The position numbers were made by a program, and so were the translations under genes. A stretch of DNA of 40,205 bases from Octopus bimaculoides. Taxonomy: Eukaryota. Shown here piece after piece: positions 36,277 through 40,205 of the stretch; the first letter of the stretch is position 1, and every line of letters begins with the position of its first letter. The stretch covers positions 17,990,424-18,030,628 of the forward strand of contig NC_068982.1 of NCBI RefSeq assembly GCF_001194135.2. Reading direction: 5' to 3'. Below the pieces are notes generated by a model. It saw only the letters and a list, made by a program, of their open reading frames with translations, was not told the origin of the DNA and searched no databases.

Positions 36277-36296
36277 TGGGCCACGATCGTGGCCCA
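36277..36296. repeat. Perfect 20-bp GC-rich palindrome
   Basis: TGGGCCACGATCGTGGCCCA equals its own reverse complement. Confidence 0.97.
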
Positions 36297-36457
36297 TCGC
36301 GCTTTATTTGTTAAATTATCAATTGGGGTAGTCCTGTTAGCAAATTAAGGCTAACCATAATGGGTATACTGTGTGGAGTTAGTTGTGCTCGTACGATTTT
36401 GAGTTTAGTGGTCGGGATACTCTTCCTTTTATTGAAGAGACTATATATAACTTTTGT

Positions 36458-36697
36458 GGAGGCACATGGTCAGTGGTTAGAGCAGCGGACTCATGGTCGA
36501 GGGATCGTGGGTTCGAATCTCAGACCGGACGATGTGTGTGTTTATGAGCGAAACACCTAAGCTCCACGCGGCTCCGGCAGAAGGTTAATGGCGGACCTCC
36601 TCTGCTGACTCTTCGCAACAACTTCTTCTCTCTCTTTCCTCCTGCATCTAGCAGCTCACCTGTGACGGACCGGCCTATACGCCAATGAAACGGGGCA
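36458..36697 (+). mobile_element. SINE family D (tRNA-derived, clear A and B boxes)
   Basis: GGAGGCACATGGTCAGTGGTTAGAGC (A box)..GGGTTCGAATCTC (B box), followed by a non-tRNA body ..CACCTGTGACGGACCGG. Confidence 0.8.
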
Positions 36698-36791
36698 TAT
36701 ATAACTGTTAGTGCTCTCTCAGGGATTTTACTAAACAAAGCTTTCATTTTCATTGGGAAACTTGTATTACTTTGCATGTTGACGTGGTATT

Positions 36792-37001
36792 GGTTTAAAA
36801 TTTTGGCACAAGGCCGAGAATTCGTGTAAAGGGATATGTCGATTACATCAACACCAGTGCTTAGCTGATACCTATTCTATCGACATCGAAACGATGAAAG
36901 GCCAAGTTGAATTCGGTGGAATTTGAAATCATAACATAAAGGCGGATGAAATACCGGTAAACATTTTGCTCGACGCGATAACAATTCTGGCAGTTTACGC
37001 C
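36792..37001 (-). mobile_element. SINE B copy
   Basis: TTTTGGCACAAGGCC..GTCGATTACATC..GATGAAAGG..GGAATTTGAA..GAAATACC..AATTCTGGCAG. Confidence 0.8.
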
Positions 37002-37462
37002 AAAATGTTGACGTAACATCAACAGCTAGATAAACCATTAACTCTTTCAACAATACATAGTATAGAACCTCTAATAATAACTATTTTGATACAACAATAG
37101 GATCTTCTGATTTTGTGCAAATCACTAGTTTGGTTGACTTGTTCCTTGTGTATCAATTCCACTTACATTTCTCAAATATTTTATGTGTGTGTGGTGTGTC
37201 TTCACACGCACATATATATATACACACACACACACGTGCATAAAATATATGTTTATATATGCATATGTAAATATTATTTAACAATATTTTTACCCGTAGG
37301 TGACTGGTAACTTTCGAAATGGATATTCACAACATGGATTATATCAGAATATACGATATTCATACGATAATTGTAATTTAACACTCACGAAATTTTTTTC
37401 AAATGCTTGTGTAATATGATTAAATGTACACTATATTGTCAAGAAAAAAATATATTAAACAT

Positions 37463-37827
37463 AACAAGAGCACTCAGAGAGCGCAAACCTCCGCCAAAGC
37501 AACACCTACATCCTCTCAACGATTAGCCGGAGATGATTTTTAAAATGAGAATATTTGAAATAAATTTGATTGCTTTCACAAGCGAAAATACTAGAAATGA
37601 ACCCGACCGCTCTCAAAAGTTAAGTAAAAAAAAAAAAAAAACAGGAAAATAATCGAGAATCCTTGTCCGATACCGGATCGATCCCAAAATCTAATCAGTC
37701 ACAAAGCCAAACAGCCCTGAAAGTTTCGTCCGAATCCATCCAACGGTTCGTGAGATATCTTGTACAGAGACAAACAAACAAACGGGACAGAAAACAATAC
37801 GTCCGCCTTCGCTAAGGCGTAGGTAAT
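37463..37827 (+). mobile_element. Non-autonomous Helentron/DINE-1-like (HINE) element
   Basis: Subterminal inverted repeat ACCTCCGCC (37487-37495) / GGCGTAGGT (37816-37824); terminal hairpin CGCCTT-CGCT-AAGGCG; internal (CAAA)n and CCAAAATCTAATCAG motif. Confidence 0.62.
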
Positions 37828-39136
37828 AAAGCAATAACATACACATTCATTCGGAATACCTTCCGTGAAGTTCGACAGTGAATGTGATAATTGTTGTTAT
37901 AATATGTCTACGGACAGCAACTTCATATTTTTGATTAATGTATCTCCTTCCATAAATACACCTTCACCCCCTCCTTCCCCCTCCTCTATGATTCTTTCTC
38001 GCACATCATATGCTTGCAGCGTTCTTTTACTTAGTGCTTGCAACAGAACTAGCATGTGTACCCTGTATCGCTTATGTTAACTCCGTTTGTATTACTCATT
38101 CACTCTCAATCTCTCCCATTCACGAGGTAAAATGTGACCGGAGAAGTCAACCGACCAATCAACACACCAACATTTTTATTCACTATTAAAACATAGAGAT
38201 GTTTCTATAAATATATGTATCTTTGTATTAGTATGCTTTCGTGTGTTAGCATATGTATATATGTAAATACTCTTTGCCCGCCGCATACAGGGAGCGTTAT
38301 AAATAATATTTACAAAATGTGACAATAGATCTTATTCCCAACTCTCTATACGTGAACGGTGAAGCTGAAAGCTAAAAAAGAAACAAAACCAAAGCATCAA
38401 AAAATAAAACAAAATAAACAAGAGGATTAATACATTCAAGTCGGAACTTGAATGGATTCGTATACGTGGTTCTGCTATTGCAATCGTGACTGGTTGATGA
38501 TCTCCTCCCCGGTTTATCGAAGGACGAATGTCATAGATTTATTGTTGAGTGCATCTTCGATTAATATAGTGCAATATGACGTAGCCAATACCAACAAACA
38601 ATAAATTACTTACGAACATCATGTACGGAAGACAAACACTAGGGAAATAAATGTTATACAGTACAGCCTACCATAAAACATTGATGCAAAAGCACTGTTG
38701 CAAGGTATTTCCTCTACTTAGTCGGAAAACATGTCCAGAACAACCTTCCATTTCACGAGCAATGTCTTTAATACTATATTCAGGTGAAATGTTACTGCAT
38801 GAATACGTGCTAACTGCACTCGATTCGCGATACAAAATACTACAGCCAAAAGTATATATACTTGCTATATATATATGAAGATTTTATAAACAACACGGAA
38901 AGCGCCAAAATGTGTTGGAAATTTACAGATAATAGAGTACATTTTGGACACAGTATAGCTGTGATTGGATATTTATCCTTAGAAGACAAACACAAAATGT
39001 TGCCAGTAGGCGGTTCTGAGTAACCGAAACCCTTTCCCCTCAGATACCTGTTGAGTGGTCGAAACCGTTAAGTTAAGCGTACCCTGACAATAGTTACCAC
39101 CAATTTTAATGCTAAATAATAACTTTTTCGAAAACA

Positions 39137-39205
39137 TTGGGTATTTCACAAATAATGCGGTTTTTGTACTTCTTTTAGTTTTCAACATTAAGATAAACAA
39201 ATATT
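39137..39205 (-). mobile_element. Mariner terminal fragment related to 15785-16126
   Basis: TTGGG..AAATAATGCGGT..TTAAGATAAACAAA is the reverse complement of about 16055-16124. Confidence 0.7.
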
Positions 39206-39729
39206 TTGGCTTATTTTAAATTTTTAATAGAAGTAGCAGGAATAATAAATTGTAATAAAATTTTTAGTGTTAATAAAAGCTAATATTTTCTAAATCTAAA
39301 TATTTTATTTGAAATTTTATTCTTAGCTGCAGTTTTTTAAGTAAAAATTTTGTTGTTCTGTACTTTACCAGATGTAATAAGTTCACCAGAACTTTTCCAA
39401 GTGTAATAACGTGTCCTGTAATTTTCCAGGTTTATAATCATAAGAACATTATTTCTCTTGCTCGCATTTTCCCATGTAATATATATAATGTGTGTGTTCA
39501 TATTGAAATATTCTTTTCCTTCACGCGTTCCAGTCCAAAAGCTGTGGTTATGCTGGGATCACTCACAATGTTATCTACTGTAAAGGTGGGTGTTCAATGT
39601 TGCAGCCCGTTTTTGAGCATCTTGACGTGATGTAGGTTCATCTGAGACCTTAGATAGCAGCAGGTTAAGTTATTTTCTTGGAAACATCTACTGATTTTCT
39701 ATGTAGCTCTCTTAGTCAAGAAAAGCAGG

Positions 39730-39841
39730 GAGAATAAAAACAGAAAAATGTAAATGAAGATAAAGAGACCAAGAGGGAGAAAAATGAGGATAAGGGAGGC
39801 GAGAGGAAGAGAAAGGAAAATCAGAGAGAGAGAGAGAGAGA

Positions 39842-39887
<46 letters not shown>

Positions 39888-40100
39888 GAAGGTGAGAGCA
39901 AAATTAGTGAAAGAACGTGAGAAAATAAGTGATCAGAGAGAAAGCGACAATAAAGTGGAGATGAGAGAATCAGAGAAATAAACGAAGAGGTAAGATATAA
40001 ATGAACAGATAAGATATAAATGAAGAGGTGAAAAATGAGGGGAAGACGAGGAGTGAAAGGAGTGAAATGAGGGCAAGAAAGAGTGAGAGGAGTAGAGTGA
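39730..40100. repeat. Purine-rich low-complexity tract with (GA)n and (AAAG)n
   Basis: Read directly. Confidence 0.9.
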
Positions 40101-40205
40101 CAAATCAATATAACGTATAATTAAAGACACAACTCAGAGACAGCGGCAAACCTCAATCCAACACCAGGCACATGATAATAATAATAATAATAATTGTAAT
40201 AATAA

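Noticed and set aside
36458-36535. tRNA gene (also a tRNA-like remnant on minus at about 26585-26660)
   Set aside because: A and B boxes are present but there is no convincing cloverleaf or acceptor stem; the sequence continues into a SINE body or is decayed.
38150-38310. CCAAT, GC-box and TATA motifs as a promoter (similar motifs at 35950-35980)
   Set aside because: Short motifs are expected by chance in AT-rich DNA, with no linked exon or CpG island.
39754-39981. K/E/R-rich ORF
   Set aside because: Translation of a purine-rich (GA)/(AAAG) tract.

Overview
AT-rich eukaryotic non-coding DNA packed with repeats, with five assembly gaps. Its SINE families and microsatellite load look like an Octopus (coleoid cephalopod) genome; this is recognition from memory and needs BLAST confirmation. 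I found no recognisable intact protein-coding gene, RNA gene or CRISPR array, and nearly all long ORFs in the track are microsatellite or N-gap artefacts. Supported by hand translation: decayed fragments of a CR1-type LINE, three R4/Dong-type LINE pieces, an RTE-type LINE, a mariner transposase 3' end and a Helitron RepHel relic. Supported by internal copy comparison: four tRNA-derived SINE families (my labels A-D), an unclassified ~200-bp repeat (E), a Helentron/DINE-1-like element, a 15-bp minisatellite and several local duplications and palindromes. The most interesting signals concern repeat biology: a young SINE inserted at a precise site inside an older copy of its own family, tandem SINE chains built in triplet tails, a SINE that carries an internal microsatellite, and structured Penelope/hammerhead-like segments. 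A few low-confidence minus-strand exon candidates exist. I cannot support a novel multi-gene system.
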